Assembly (NCBI GenBank): GCA_965215195.1
Contig: CBDCDC010000002.1
Span: 4,032,001 to 4,096,000 of the forward strand
Length of the DNA stretch: 64,000 bases
Source: Candidatus Latescibacterota bacterium
Lineage (GTDB): Bacteria > Latescibacterota > UBA2968 > UBA8231
Direction: 5' to 3'
A program made the position numbers and the translations under genes. Positions 35,492 through 44,800 of this stretch are shown one piece after another. How positions within the stretch are numbered: the stretch's first letter is position 1; every line of letters begins with the position of its first letter. The notes beneath the pieces are model-generated. The model saw nothing but the letters and a program-made list of their open reading frames with translations, was not told the DNA's origin and did not search any database.

Positions 35492-37243
35492 TCATGGCTT
35501 CTTAGGGGCCGGGCCCACCTTGCCCTCGACCAGCGCGACGAACCGATCGGGTCTCAGACCCGCTAGGTGCTCAACCGCGCCGCTGGGCCAGCGGATCCGC
35601 ACCGAGTCGACCTGCGTCCGGGCCCCCAGCCCGAAGCTCACCCGCATGTCTCGCTGCGACAGATAGCTGAAGCTGCCCCGGACCTCCTGCACTTGGTAGA
35701 GGTCGCCCGCCCACACCTCAATCCGTGCCCCGATGCCGTCCCGGTTACTCGGTCCGCCCCGGGTGGAGAGGGTGAGCCAGTGGCGCGAATTCCCTCCCTC
35801 GTTCCTCAGCAGGGCGGGCGACTGCTCGCTGTTGGTGACCACGATGTCCGCGTCGCCGTCGTTATCGTAATCGCCCACCGCGCAGCCGCGGCTGACCCGC
35901 GCCCGCGTTAGGGCCACCCCCGCTTGGGAAGAGATGTCCCGGAACCGGTACTGGCCGCGGACATCGGGTCCTTGGTTCTGCAGCAGCAGGTTCGGCTGGG
36001 CGTAGCTACTCGACTCGTGGAACGCTGAGGTATTGTCGAGCACGTGGCCATTGGCCACGAATAGGTCTTGGTCTCCGTCGTTGTCGTAGTCGATGAAGCC
36101 GATGCCGAACGAAAGGTAGGGCAGGCTGACCAGACCGATACCTGCGGGGTACGAGGCGTGCGGAAAAAACCCGGTGCCCCGGTTCTGGTACAGGCTAATA
36201 GGCTCGTTCTCAAAATTAGTGACCGCTAAGTCCATGTCGCCATCGTTGTCGTAGTCGGCCGCATCAACCCCCATGCCCGCCTCCTGTTGGCCGTCTTGGC
36301 CGTAGGCCACGCCGGCCAGCCCGCCGAGCTCGGTGAAGCGCCCGTCGCCCTCGTTGTGGTAGAGGAAGTTGGGCACGGCGTCATTGGCCACATAGAGGTC
36401 CATGTCGCCGTCGTTGTCGTAGTCGGTGGCCACCACGCCCAGCCCCCGTCCGGCCGCGGCTGAGGTGTCCACCAGCCCGGCCAGCCGATTCACGGCGCGA
36501 AAACGCCCGTCGCCCTCGTTGCGAAATAGGTGGTCCTCGGCACCGGCGAAGTTCCGCGGATGGGGGTACGCCTCGATGCCTTCTGCGGGGGCGCGCTGAG
36601 GCGTGGCTAGGTAGGCTTCCAGATCTTTCTCGGCGTAGGATAGATCGTAGTGGACGTAGTTGGCCACGTACAGGTCGAGGTCTCCGTCGTTGTCGTAGTC
36701 GGTGAAGGTGCTGCCCATGCTCCAGATGGTGTCTCCCACCGCGGCTTGGTCCGTGACATCGCGGTATCGCCCATCGCCCTCGTTGCGGTACATGACGTTG
36801 GCGCCGTAGTTGGTCAGGTATAGGTCCGCGTCGCCGTCGTTGTCATAGTCGGCAAACGCGCATCCCATGCCATAGCCCGGGTCGTCCACCCCAGCGTCCC
36901 GCGCCACCTCCACAAAGCGGCCGCCCTCGTTGCGAAACAGCGCATTGACTGGATCCGGCGAGCCTGTGTAGCCTCGGAATGCAGCGCCGTTGACGAAGTA
37001 TAGGTCTAGGTCTTGGTCGCCGTCGAAGTCGATGAAACCAACCCCGGAGCCCATGGTCTCGGGGAAGTACCGCCGACCGCTCGCCCCGGTGACGTGCTGG
37101 AATTTGACCCCGACCTGCTCGGCCACATCGACGTACTCTATCGCGGGAAGAGGAGCGGGTTGAGCGGTCCAGCCAGCGGGCGGCCCCAGACATAGCGCGG
37201 CCACTATCCCCGCGTCGCTCAGGGCAGCGAGTGGTCGGCGCAC
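35492..37243 (-). CDS. CRTAC1-family protein (FG-GAP/VCBS repeats plus ASPIC/UnbV)
   Basis: Multiple DYDNDGD.DL repeats; SNRDGIGARI, FGLG, IRWPSG. Confidence 0.9.
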   Translation of the reverse strand: MRRPLAALSDAGIVAALCLGPPAGWTAQPAPLPAIEYVDVAEQVGVKFQHVTGASGRRYFPETMGSGVGFIDFDGDQDLDLYFVNGAAFRGYTGSPDPVNALFRNEGGRFVEVARDAGVDDPGYGMGCAFADYDNDGDADLYLTNYGANVMYRNEGDGRYRDVTDQAAVGDTIWSMGSTFTDYDNDGDLDLYVANYVHYDLSYAEKDLEAYLATPQRAPAEGIEAYPHPRNFAGAEDHLFRNEGDGRFRAVNRLAGLVDTSAAAGRGLGVVATDYDNDGDMDLYVANDAVPNFLYHNEGDGRFTELGGLAGVAYGQDGQQEAGMGVDAADYDNDGDMDLAVTNFENEPISLYQNRGTGFFPHASYPAGIGLVSLPYLSFGIGFIDYDNDGDQDLFVANGHVLDNTSAFHESSSYAQPNLLLQNQGPDVRGQYRFRDISSQAGVALTRARVSRGCAVGDYDNDGDADIVVTNSEQSPALLRNEGGNSRHWLTLSTRGGPSNRDGIGARIEVWAGDLYQVQEVRGSFSYLSQRDMRVSFGLGARTQVDSVRIRWPSGAVEHLAGLRPDRFVALVEGKVGPAPKKP

Positions 37244-37416
37244 GGGACGCCATCCTTCTTGCCGAAAGGCTGCTCAACCGGTCCCTCCTCTGCAAATCTC
37301 CCTGTACTCATCCTTCACCAGCCCGATTTGATTGGGCGGGATTTCCTCGAATCCTGTTGCCCGACTCGGGGCATCCTCTTTGAGAACGGCTGTTCCGCTG
37401 CCGTGCCAGCGCAGTC

Positions 37417-38505
37417 TTACTCGGCCAATCCCCGCTCGACCTTCCGCTCAAAGTCGCGCATTTCATCCACCCCGTCTAACACGCCGATTTCCATGTTGAA
37501 CTCGCGCACCTCGTCCGGCTCAATGTACTGCAAGGTCCCGTGCTTGCGGTTCCAAGCGCGGCCGAGCACCGAGCAGTTGCCCGGCTCAATGCCGGTGACA
37601 TACGTGCCCTTGTGGAAGTGCTGCCAGTGGTTGACGATGGGAATCTCGCTGTGCTTGAACCTCCAATACAATCCCAAGCCGAGCTCGTCGTTGAGGAGGC
37701 CGAGGTGGACGCGCCCTTGGCGGTCGGTGCGGGGCCGATGCACGTACACATCGTCGTGGGCGTGCGGTTGCGGTCCTTTGGCTATGGCGTAGTCCTGCGG
37801 GCCGACGGGCCGGTCGGCGGTCCACTCGGTGCTCTCGCGGCTGTGGAGGACGAGGCGGGCCCCTGCGTCGAGCAGGGGGAAGCCGGGGTTGCAGTGGTAC
37901 ACGAACATGAGCGGCGAGCGGTCGGCCGCGAGGTTTTCGACGCGGTCGCGGATGAAGATGCGCCGCTCCCCGAGCACGGTCGAGATCTCGCGCGACAGCT
38001 CTAAGTTCTCGGCAAAGACCTCGGCTTGGCGCATTTGGCCGCGGATGCGCACGACGTAGTCCGCGCCCTCCCAGCCCACCTCAATGCCGACGTTCTTCGC
38101 CGGTATGTACGAAAGGCGGCCGTGCAGGGGCATTTCGGCGTTTTCCTCTTCGGGATCGACTTCTGGGTGGCCGACAAAGTCGAGTCCGCAAGAGGTGACT
38201 AGCCCGCCGAACCAGCCGCGCCCCCATTTGAAGCCCTCTGGCTCGTAGAACGCCGGCCCGACGTCGCCGGGGCCGGAGCGGAAGCACAGCGACTGGCCCT
38301 TGTAGTGGGCCGAGGCAATGTCGAGGGCGCGGCCGGGCAAGACGGAAAACCCCAAGCCCGAAGCGTTGAACACGTCGATGAGGTCGGCGCCGCGCTCAAA
38401 GCCTTCGCGGCGCTCGGCGCGGCGGGCGTACATGAGCTGGCTGATGTCGCCGACGCGGTTGAGAAGCTGGCGGCGGGTGAAGTTGCGGCCAAAGAGCTTG
38501 GGCAT
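37417..38505 (-). CDS. Aldose 1-epimerase-like protein (DUF4432)
   Basis: LPGRALDI, GGLVTSCGL, PLHGR, YH.N.GFPLLD, YVTGIEP. Confidence 0.8.
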   Translation of the reverse strand: MPKLFGRNFTRRQLLNRVGDISQLMYARRAERREGFERGADLIDVFNASGLGFSVLPGRALDIASAHYKGQSLCFRSGPGDVGPAFYEPEGFKWGRGWFGGLVTSCGLDFVGHPEVDPEEENAEMPLHGRLSYIPAKNVGIEVGWEGADYVVRIRGQMRQAEVFAENLELSREISTVLGERRIFIRDRVENLAADRSPLMFVYHCNPGFPLLDAGARLVLHSRESTEWTADRPVGPQDYAIAKGPQPHAHDDVYVHRPRTDRQGRVHLGLLNDELGLGLYWRFKHSEIPIVNHWQHFHKGTYVTGIEPGNCSVLGRAWNRKHGTLQYIEPDEVREFNMEIGVLDGVDEMRDFERKVERGLAE

Positions 38506-38634
38506 GAGAAATCTCCTGTGTGGATGCGAAAACCCTTGTAGGGGTTTGGGTTTGTCAATATAAGATATAGGGCCAAACGAGCGAATGGCTTTTCTCGGTC
38601 AACCCGAACCCATTGCGGAAGGAGTACAGCAGGC

Positions 38635-39546
38635 ATGGCTTTTTCAACAGCGGTTCAGCTCGAAGACGTGTGGAAGCGCTTCGGCGCGGTCGAGGCGGTG
38701 CGCGGGGTGTCGCTGGGCGTACCCGCCGGATGTATCTACGGGCTGTTGGGTCCCAACGGCGCGGGTAAGACGACCCTTATCCGCATGATGATGAGCATCT
38801 TCTTCCCCGACTCCGGGCGCATCGGCCTGCTGGATGGGCAAAAGGCCCTCGCGGTCAAGGACCAGCTCGGCTATCTGCCCGAGGAAAAGGGCCTGTACAA
38901 GAAGATGAAGGTCGCCGAGCTGATGATCTATTTCGCGCGGCTCAAGGGGGTTGCGGCCGATGCGGCCCAGCGGCGGGCCGGCGAGTTGTTGCAGCGCTAT
39001 GGCCTCGGTGCCTATCGGGATCGGCGCTGCGAGGTGCTTTCCAAGGGCATGGAGCAAAAGGTGCAATTGCTCGCGGCGCTGATTCACGAGCCTGAGCTAG
39101 TCATTCTCGACGAGCCTTTTTCCGGGCTGGACCCGGTCAACCGCGATGTAATGCGGGACGTCATCTTGCAGATGCGCCGCGACGGCAAGACAGTGATCTT
39201 CTCGACCCACCTCATGGAGCAGGCCGAGCAGCTATGCGACTTTGTCGCGCTGATCAACAAGGGGCAAAAGGTCGTCGATGGCCCGTTGGGCCAAGTGCTC
39301 GCCAGCGGAGGGCGCGCGGCCGTGCTCGACTACGACGGCGATGGGCGTCTACTGCGCGATCTGCCGGGCGTTATGCGGGTCAACGACTCGGGCAAGCGGG
39401 CCGAGCTCTTTCTGGCCGAGGACGCGGATTCGCAAGCGATATTGGCCGCGCTCTTATACAAGGTGCAGATACGGGGTTTCGCCCTGCGCACGGCCTCTTT
39501 GCACGAGATCTTCATCCGCGCCATAGGGGAGGCCGACGATGCGTAA
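38635..39546 (+). CDS. ABC-2 transporter ATP-binding protein
   Basis: GPNGAGKTT, LSKGM, LDEPFSGLD. Confidence 0.92.
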   Translation: MAFSTAVQLEDVWKRFGAVEAVRGVSLGVPAGCIYGLLGPNGAGKTTLIRMMMSIFFPDSGRIGLLDGQKALAVKDQLGYLPEEKGLYKKMKVAELMIYFARLKGVAADAAQRRAGELLQRYGLGAYRDRRCEVLSKGMEQKVQLLAALIHEPELVILDEPFSGLDPVNRDVMRDVILQMRRDGKTVIFSTHLMEQAEQLCDFVALINKGQKVVDGPLGQVLASGGRAAVLDYDGDGRLLRDLPGVMRVNDSGKRAELFLAEDADSQAILAALLYKVQIRGFALRTASLHEIFIRAIGEADDA

Positions 39547-41056
39547 GGTTGCTTTAGTTGCGCGGCGCGAATACATAGAGCACGTCCGCACCAAGGGGTT
39601 TTGGATCGGCGTCTTGGCCTTCCCGCTCATCCTCGCGTTGAGCGTTGTGGTGCCCCTTCTATTGAGCGAGACCAAACAGGCGCGCACCTATGCCGTGATC
39701 GACCATTCGGGTTTTGTGCTACGGGAGGTGGAAAAGGGCATTTTGGCCGAGGATCTAGGCATGGTGCTGCGGGACGCGGCAGAGCGCTACCGCGACGGCG
39801 GTCGGGCTTGGGAGCGCTCGCCGGATGCGGTGCGGGCCGCCGCAAAGGTCTATGTGAGCTTGGCGGAAGCGGAGCGGCCGGCGCTGATCGAGGACCTCGC
39901 TGCGGGCAGAGGTGAGGTCGCGGCCGGCCTCGTCGAGTGGTGGCAGCAGGTGTCGGCTGAAGATCTGGAGGCCCTCGGCTTGGAGCTCTCGCGCAGCCGC
40001 TACGTCCGGGTGGAGGTCGGCGATGATCCGCCAGCCGCACTCAATCGCATGGTGAACGAAGGATCACTCTTTGCCTACTTCGTCATCGCCTCAGATCCAG
40101 TCGCCAGCGACGAGGGGTGCAAATACATCTCTTTGAACCTGACCGACCGGGACTTGCGCCATTGGTTTGCAGACCGGGTGTTCCAAGTGGTGCGAGCGCG
40201 GCGCATTGAACAGGCGGGCCTCGACGCGGAAACGAGCTACTGGTTGCAGACCCCAGTGCATTTCGCGGAACGCAAGGTCGATAAGCGCGGCGGAGAGGCT
40301 GAAGTTTCCACAGTCGACAGAGTCCAGCAGTGGGCCGTCATACCGTTCGTTTATCTATTGTGGATGGCGGTATTTATCAACGCGCAGACGCTTATGACCA
40401 ATACCGTAGAGGAGAAGTCGTCGCGCCTCATCGAAGTGCTGCTGTCCGCGCTTTCGCCCTTTGAGCTGATGGCCGGCAAAATCGCCGGCACAGCCGCGGT
40501 TGGGCTGACCTTGGTCTTTACCTGGGTTGCGTGCGTCGCAGTGGGGGTGGTAATCGCGCCGGCCGCGTTGGGGGACGATGTGGCTTCCATCGTCGGCATT
40601 GCCAGCACTCCTCTGTACTTGTTGTCCTTTGTCTTTTACTTCTTGGCTGGCTTTCTGCTGTACGCCTGCTTGCTGGTGGGGGCCGGCTCGCTGTGCAACA
40701 GCTTAAAAGACGCGCAGAGCCTGATGTTGCCGCTCCTCGTACCGCTGATAGTGCCGTTGCTTATGATGGTCCCCATCACCCAAGATCCCAACGGCACCTT
40801 GGCGCGGGTTGTGTCCTACATACCGCTCTTTACCCCTTTTGTCATGATGAATCGGGCCGCTGGCTCACCGCCGCTGTGGGAGTATTTGGCCACCACAGTG
40901 CTGCTTCTTTTGTCCATCTACTTCGCGGTGCGGGGGGCGAGCAAGGTCTTCCGCACCGGCATCTTGATGACGGGCAAGCCGCCGCGCTTGGGAGAGGTCA
41001 TGCGCTGGTTGACGACCAAAGAAGACATCAGCCCAGCGGAGCGCGAAGCGGGCTGA
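39539..41056 (+). CDS. ABC-2 transporter permease (NatB/YhaP-like)
   Basis: EEKSSRLIEVLLS...LMAGKI; six TM segments; overlaps the ATPase gene. Confidence 0.88.
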   Translation: MRKVALVARREYIEHVRTKGFWIGVLAFPLILALSVVVPLLLSETKQARTYAVIDHSGFVLREVEKGILAEDLGMVLRDAAERYRDGGRAWERSPDAVRAAAKVYVSLAEAERPALIEDLAAGRGEVAAGLVEWWQQVSAEDLEALGLELSRSRYVRVEVGDDPPAALNRMVNEGSLFAYFVIASDPVASDEGCKYISLNLTDRDLRHWFADRVFQVVRARRIEQAGLDAETSYWLQTPVHFAERKVDKRGGEAEVSTVDRVQQWAVIPFVYLLWMAVFINAQTLMTNTVEEKSSRLIEVLLSALSPFELMAGKIAGTAAVGLTLVFTWVACVAVGVVIAPAALGDDVASIVGIASTPLYLLSFVFYFLAGFLLYACLLVGAGSLCNSLKDAQSLMLPLLVPLIVPLLMMVPITQDPNGTLARVVSYIPLFTPFVMMNRAAGSPPLWEYLATTVLLLLSIYFAVRGASKVFRTGILMTGKPPRLGEVMRWLTTKEDISPAEREAG

Positions 41057-41057
41057 G

Positions 41058-41900
41058 TCAGTTGAGCGGGATCAGGCGATTGGCAAGAACGCGGATGTTG
41101 TGCTCAATGGTGGGGGCGTCCGGGGCGTCGCCGGCCCAGCGGAGGTACGCGCTAAAGGCCTCAATGGCCTTGAGGTAATCGCAGGTGTGGTGGTAGAGGA
41201 AGCCGAGATCGCGGTAGTTTTCGGCTTCAGCCGGCTGTAGATACGCGATTTTCTCGGCCCAGCCAATGGCCGTGGGAAACTCGCGGGCTTGGCAGTGGAG
41301 GCGTTTGAGGTTGCGGAGCATGCGCGCTAAGATGTGCCGCGACGAGGCCGGCTCAATGAACTCGGCGGCCAATTCGAGTTGGCGTCCCTCAATGACCGGC
41401 AGCCGCTCGCCCAAGGACGCAGTATCGACAAAAGCGCCGTTGGCAAAGGGATCGACGAAGAGCGGCTCGTCGCCTTGGGTGCTGCGCACGAGGAAGTGAT
41501 GCGGAAAATTGACCCCTGCGAGGGGGAAGGACAGCCGCTTTCCTAACTCTATATAGACGACCGCCAAGGTGATGGGAATGCCGAGGCGGCGGTTGAGTAC
41601 CTCGTTGAGATAGCTGTTGCGGGGGTCGTCGTAGTGAGCGCGGTTGCCGCGGAAGCCGAGGTCGCCGAACACGTATTGGCTCAGGTTGGCCAGAGAGGCC
41701 GGCAGGGAATTGGCCGCGGCATAACGGGTGTAAAAGCCTTCGCTCAACTCGTCGAGCTGCTGTAGGTAGTGCTCGATATCGAGGTCGGGATAGGCTTGCA
41801 GGGCGATGAGCAAGGCACCGCGGGCGAGGTCGATCTCGTCGGAGGAGTCGTGCGCCTTTTGGACGAGCGCGAAAAAAGGATCGGAAGACCGCGGACGCAT
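41058..41900 (-). CDS. SirB1/transglutaminase-like protein with C-terminal TPR
   Basis: GFRGN..HY.DPRNSYLN.VL.RR.GIPITL, GVNFP.HFL, DPF..G. Confidence 0.85.
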   Translation of the reverse strand: MRPRSSDPFFALVQKAHDSSDEIDLARGALLIALQAYPDLDIEHYLQQLDELSEGFYTRYAAANSLPASLANLSQYVFGDLGFRGNRAHYDDPRNSYLNEVLNRRLGIPITLAVVYIELGKRLSFPLAGVNFPHHFLVRSTQGDEPLFVDPFANGAFVDTASLGERLPVIEGRQLELAAEFIEPASSRHILARMLRNLKRLHCQAREFPTAIGWAEKIAYLQPAEAENYRDLGFLYHHTCDYLKAIEAFSAYLRWAGDAPDAPTIEHNIRVLANRLIPLN

Positions 41901-41916
41901 GCCGACTGCGCCCCGC

Positions 41917-42906
41917 TTAAACGCTGCGGTTGTGGATCCAACTAAACCGCAGCGGCGCGGCGTGGGTCTGCCGCCGCTCGTTGCGCTCGGCCAACTTGGC
42001 GTAGCGCGGCCCGAGCTTGCACAAATAGTCTTGGGCGGCGGCCGCTTCGCCCGTGAGGCCGCAGAGCGAATCCAACCCCCACTGGCGGACCAAGTGTTGG
42101 GTGATTTCGGCGTAGTGCTTGGCCGTGTACACCCCGAGTCGCTGGGCCACGATAGAGAAGTGTTCAAAGAGGTTGGGGTCCTGCCCGTCGGTCATCAGGT
42201 GAGCGGGCATGACGACTTGGCGTTTCATCAGGTCGCGGAAAGCCAATACCGCGCCCTTTGGATCTAGCTCGAAAATTTTCTTGATAAAGTTCGTGTACGC
42301 CTTTTCGTGGCGGGCTTCGTCGCCGGCCACGACGCCACAGATGGTCTTGAGGTGCGAATCGCCGGCCTTTTGCGCTAAGCGGGCTACGTTGCTGTGGGAG
42401 ATGCGGGTCGCCCGCTCTTGGAAAGAGGTATAGACGAAACCCTTGTAGGGATCTTGGGCGGCCTGCGGGTTGAAGCCATTGCGCAGCAGGTGTTGGATCG
42501 TCGTCTCGATAGCGCGCATATCGACGCGGCCCGTGAGAAAGAGGTATTTGTTGAGCAGGTCGCCGTGGCGATTTTCTTCGGCCGTCCAACCGCGCGACCA
42601 CTGGGCCCACGGGCTAGGATCCGTGCCGGTGGTGTCTGACACGCCTTCAAAGCTGTTGAGCAAGGTCTGATAGGTGGGCAGGGCTTCCTCGGTGATCATG
42701 TCGCCGACGAGGACGACGAGGACGTCGTCGGGAAGCGCTTGGGCGCGGGTGCGGAATTCGCGGATGGAGTCTTCCCAGTTTTCCTCGCCCACATTGGGGA
42801 GAAAATCGTCGGGCTGCCAACTGTCTTCTACGGGCTTGAGCAACTGGAGCTGGCCCCTGACAAAATCCTCCATGCTCGCAATGACTTCTCTCTTGTGCGG
42901 ATTCAA
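41917..42906 (-). CDS. Soluble acyl-ACP desaturase (diiron, plant FAB2/DesA-like)
   Basis: WQP.DFLP, TEEALPTY, WTAEENRHGDLL, FQERAT..SH, DE.RHE. Confidence 0.9.
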   Translation of the reverse strand: MNPHKREVIASMEDFVRGQLQLLKPVEDSWQPDDFLPNVGEENWEDSIREFRTRAQALPDDVLVVLVGDMITEEALPTYQTLLNSFEGVSDTTGTDPSPWAQWSRGWTAEENRHGDLLNKYLFLTGRVDMRAIETTIQHLLRNGFNPQAAQDPYKGFVYTSFQERATRISHSNVARLAQKAGDSHLKTICGVVAGDEARHEKAYTNFIKKIFELDPKGAVLAFRDLMKRQVVMPAHLMTDGQDPNLFEHFSIVAQRLGVYTAKHYAEITQHLVRQWGLDSLCGLTGEAAAAQDYLCKLGPRYAKLAERNERRQTHAAPLRFSWIHNRSV

Positions 42907-43045
42907 CTGAGTTTCTCCATCACTGAGGGATTGAAAGATACCCTAACCGGGTACGCGGGCAGCATGGTTTTATAAGTATAAATTATTGAATATAAGACAA
43001 AATGGACAAGTTAAGCTATTGATTCAAGCGGTGTATGTGAATAAA

Positions 43046-43073
43046 ACATTTGTTTCATATATAAAACAAATGT
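43046..43073. promoter_or_regulatory. Near-perfect 28-bp palindrome, putative operator
   Basis: ACATTTGTTT-C-ATATAT-A-AAACAAATGT in an AT-rich divergent intergenic region. Confidence 0.6.
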
Positions 43074-43304
43074 AGAATAATATAAACTTGCTCCTTTAGC
43101 CCGTCAACGTGCGCCGCAATGTGAGTGCGAGCGGCTGGCGCCTCTCGCCCAAAGTGGCGGATGCCGCCATAAACGCGGGCGGTGCCCACGCTCCTCTTAA
43201 AATCCTATCTGATTGTTTACAATTGAGTTGTGCGCCGCGCAAAACAGCGGTACGCCCTTTGCTAATAAACTGGGTGAATCCCTTACCCCAACAAGGAGGA
43301 TACC

Positions 43305-43514
43305 TTGGTCAACAAAGGATTTAGCAAGGAGCAGATCGAGCGCGTAGCGCGGATGTACAAATGCAATCAGGACGCTAGCCGGGTGCTGGGGATCACGATA
43401 CGCAGCTTTAGTCGGCTTTGCCGCAAATACGACATTGAATCGCCTTTTGCGCGGCACCAGCGGCAGCGCTGTCAGGCGACCAAAAGCACTAACCCCACTT
43501 CACCGCGCCTTTAG
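43305..43514 (+). CDS. Small Fis-like helix-turn-helix protein
   Basis: RBS aaggagga; NQDASRVLGITIRSFSRLCRKYDI. Confidence 0.7.
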   Translation: MVNKGFSKEQIERVARMYKCNQDASRVLGITIRSFSRLCRKYDIESPFARHQRQRCQATKSTNPTSPRL

Positions 43515-43535
43515 GCGCGACATAGGAGGCATATC

Positions 43536-44204
43536 ATGGGAGCAATAGAGCGGATCGCCGCCATTTGGAAGGCGAATCTCAACGAGGCGCTGGACCGGAT
43601 CGAAGATCCAGCAAAGATGGTGGATCAGATCGTCCGCGACGCAGAGTGTGCCGTTGACCAAGCTGGAGCCGCTCTGGTTAAGGCGCGGGCTACCAAGCGG
43701 CGTCTAGAGCGCGACCTCCAGCGTAACGCCGAGCAGATGCAGATGTGGCAAGCGAAGGCCGCAGCCGCGGTGGAGGCCGGCAACGACGAGGGTGCGCGGC
43801 TCGCCTTGATACAGAAGACGGAGCTGGACCAAGCGCACGTGCGGCTGGAATCGGCCCTCGCAGAGAGCGGCGATACCGTGGTCCAGCTAGAGGAGCAGGT
43901 CGAGATCCTACGCCAAAAGCTGCGCGATATCCGCACGCGGCGGGGCAAGCTGATCGCCCGCTGTCGCGCCGAGCGCGAGCGCGGCGTAGCATTTGGCGAA
44001 GACGCGTCCGCGCTCCGCTTTGCCGCGATCGCGCAGCGGGTGCAGCAAAGCGAGCGCGAACTGGCGCGCTTTGAGGAACAGGTGGATCAGACAGCCGCTG
44101 AGGCCGAAGTGCTGCGCGAATTAGCCGCCGAGCGCCGCGCTGAGCGCGACCGCAAAGTCGCAGAGGAACTAGCCGCGCTGAAAGCGGCTTCACCCCGCCT
44201 TTAG
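43536..44204 (+). CDS. pspA: PspA/IM30 family protein
   Basis: ANLN..LD.IEDP.KM..Q, W..KA..AV.AG....AR.AL, EELAALK. Confidence 0.85.
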   Translation: MGAIERIAAIWKANLNEALDRIEDPAKMVDQIVRDAECAVDQAGAALVKARATKRRLERDLQRNAEQMQMWQAKAAAAVEAGNDEGARLALIQKTELDQAHVRLESALAESGDTVVQLEEQVEILRQKLRDIRTRRGKLIARCRAERERGVAFGEDASALRFAAIAQRVQQSERELARFEEQVDQTAAEAEVLRELAAERRAERDRKVAEELAALKAASPRL

Positions 44205-44237
44205 GCGACGCTAAAGGCATCGTAAAGGAGGCCGGTC

Positions 44238-44609
44238 ATGTTGGCCAGAATACTAGGTGTGATATTGCTAATTGGGGGCGTTGCTTGGGGGCTCAAGCTG
44301 ATTTGGCCCTTGTTCGGCAGCCTCTTTGGGTTGCTCGGCGCGGTTGCAGTCGGCCTCTTGGCTGCCGGAGCGCTCTACATAGGTCTGCGCTGGCTGCGCG
44401 GCGAGAGCATCTTGGGCCGGGTCGTCGGGGCCTTGGCCTTACTCGCCGGGGTCTATCTGGCCTTTAAGGCCGCGTTGAGCTTAGTGGCCGGCGTCTTTGG
44501 TGCCGCGTTCTTGCTGCTGCAAGTTGCCTTGGTGCTGGCGATTTTCTACGTGGGCTGGAGGTGGCTGGACAACGGCGAGTTCAGCCTGCGGGGACGAGGC
44601 GACTTCTAA
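44238..44609 (+). CDS. Small 4-TM membrane protein (internal two-fold repeat)
   Basis: RBS aggagg; two similar halves, each ending Y.G.RWL. Confidence 0.75.
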   Translation: MLARILGVILLIGGVAWGLKLIWPLFGSLFGLLGAVAVGLLAAGALYIGLRWLRGESILGRVVGALALLAGVYLAFKAALSLVAGVFGAAFLLLQVALVLAIFYVGWRWLDNGEFSLRGRGDF

Positions 44610-44659
44610 AGCGGCTTTCGGAAGAGCCTGAGCTAGGGTACAGTGAGGTGGGGGTAGCC

Positions 44660-44688
44660 TTGACTTTGTATGATATGCTCATTATAAA
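44660..44688 (+). promoter_or_regulatory. Putative sigma70 promoter
   Basis: TTGACT-17 bp-TATAAA. Confidence 0.5.
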
Positions 44689-44736
44689 AGAAAGGTAGCA
44701 GGTAGTACAACTTATCTCATAAATGCCCACCCTCTC

Positions 44737-44772
44737 GTATGGGGCGTTCCTAGTGGACGCCCCATACTTTTT
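44737..44772 (+). terminator. Intrinsic terminator
   Basis: gtatggggcgt/acgccccatac stem followed by TTTTT. Confidence 0.7.
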
Positions 44773-44800
44773 ACTCCGCTCAATCAGGAAAGGTGTTTAT

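Noticed and set aside
37347-37365. tcgaatcctgttgcccgac resembles a tRNA 3' end (att-like remnant)
   Set aside because: Short, imperfect, does not match tRNA-Thr, and is also explained by a local hairpin.
14172-37416. Integrative island inserted at tRNA-Thr
   Set aside because: No integrase and no duplicated tRNA-Thr 3' end found; the adjacency may be coincidental.
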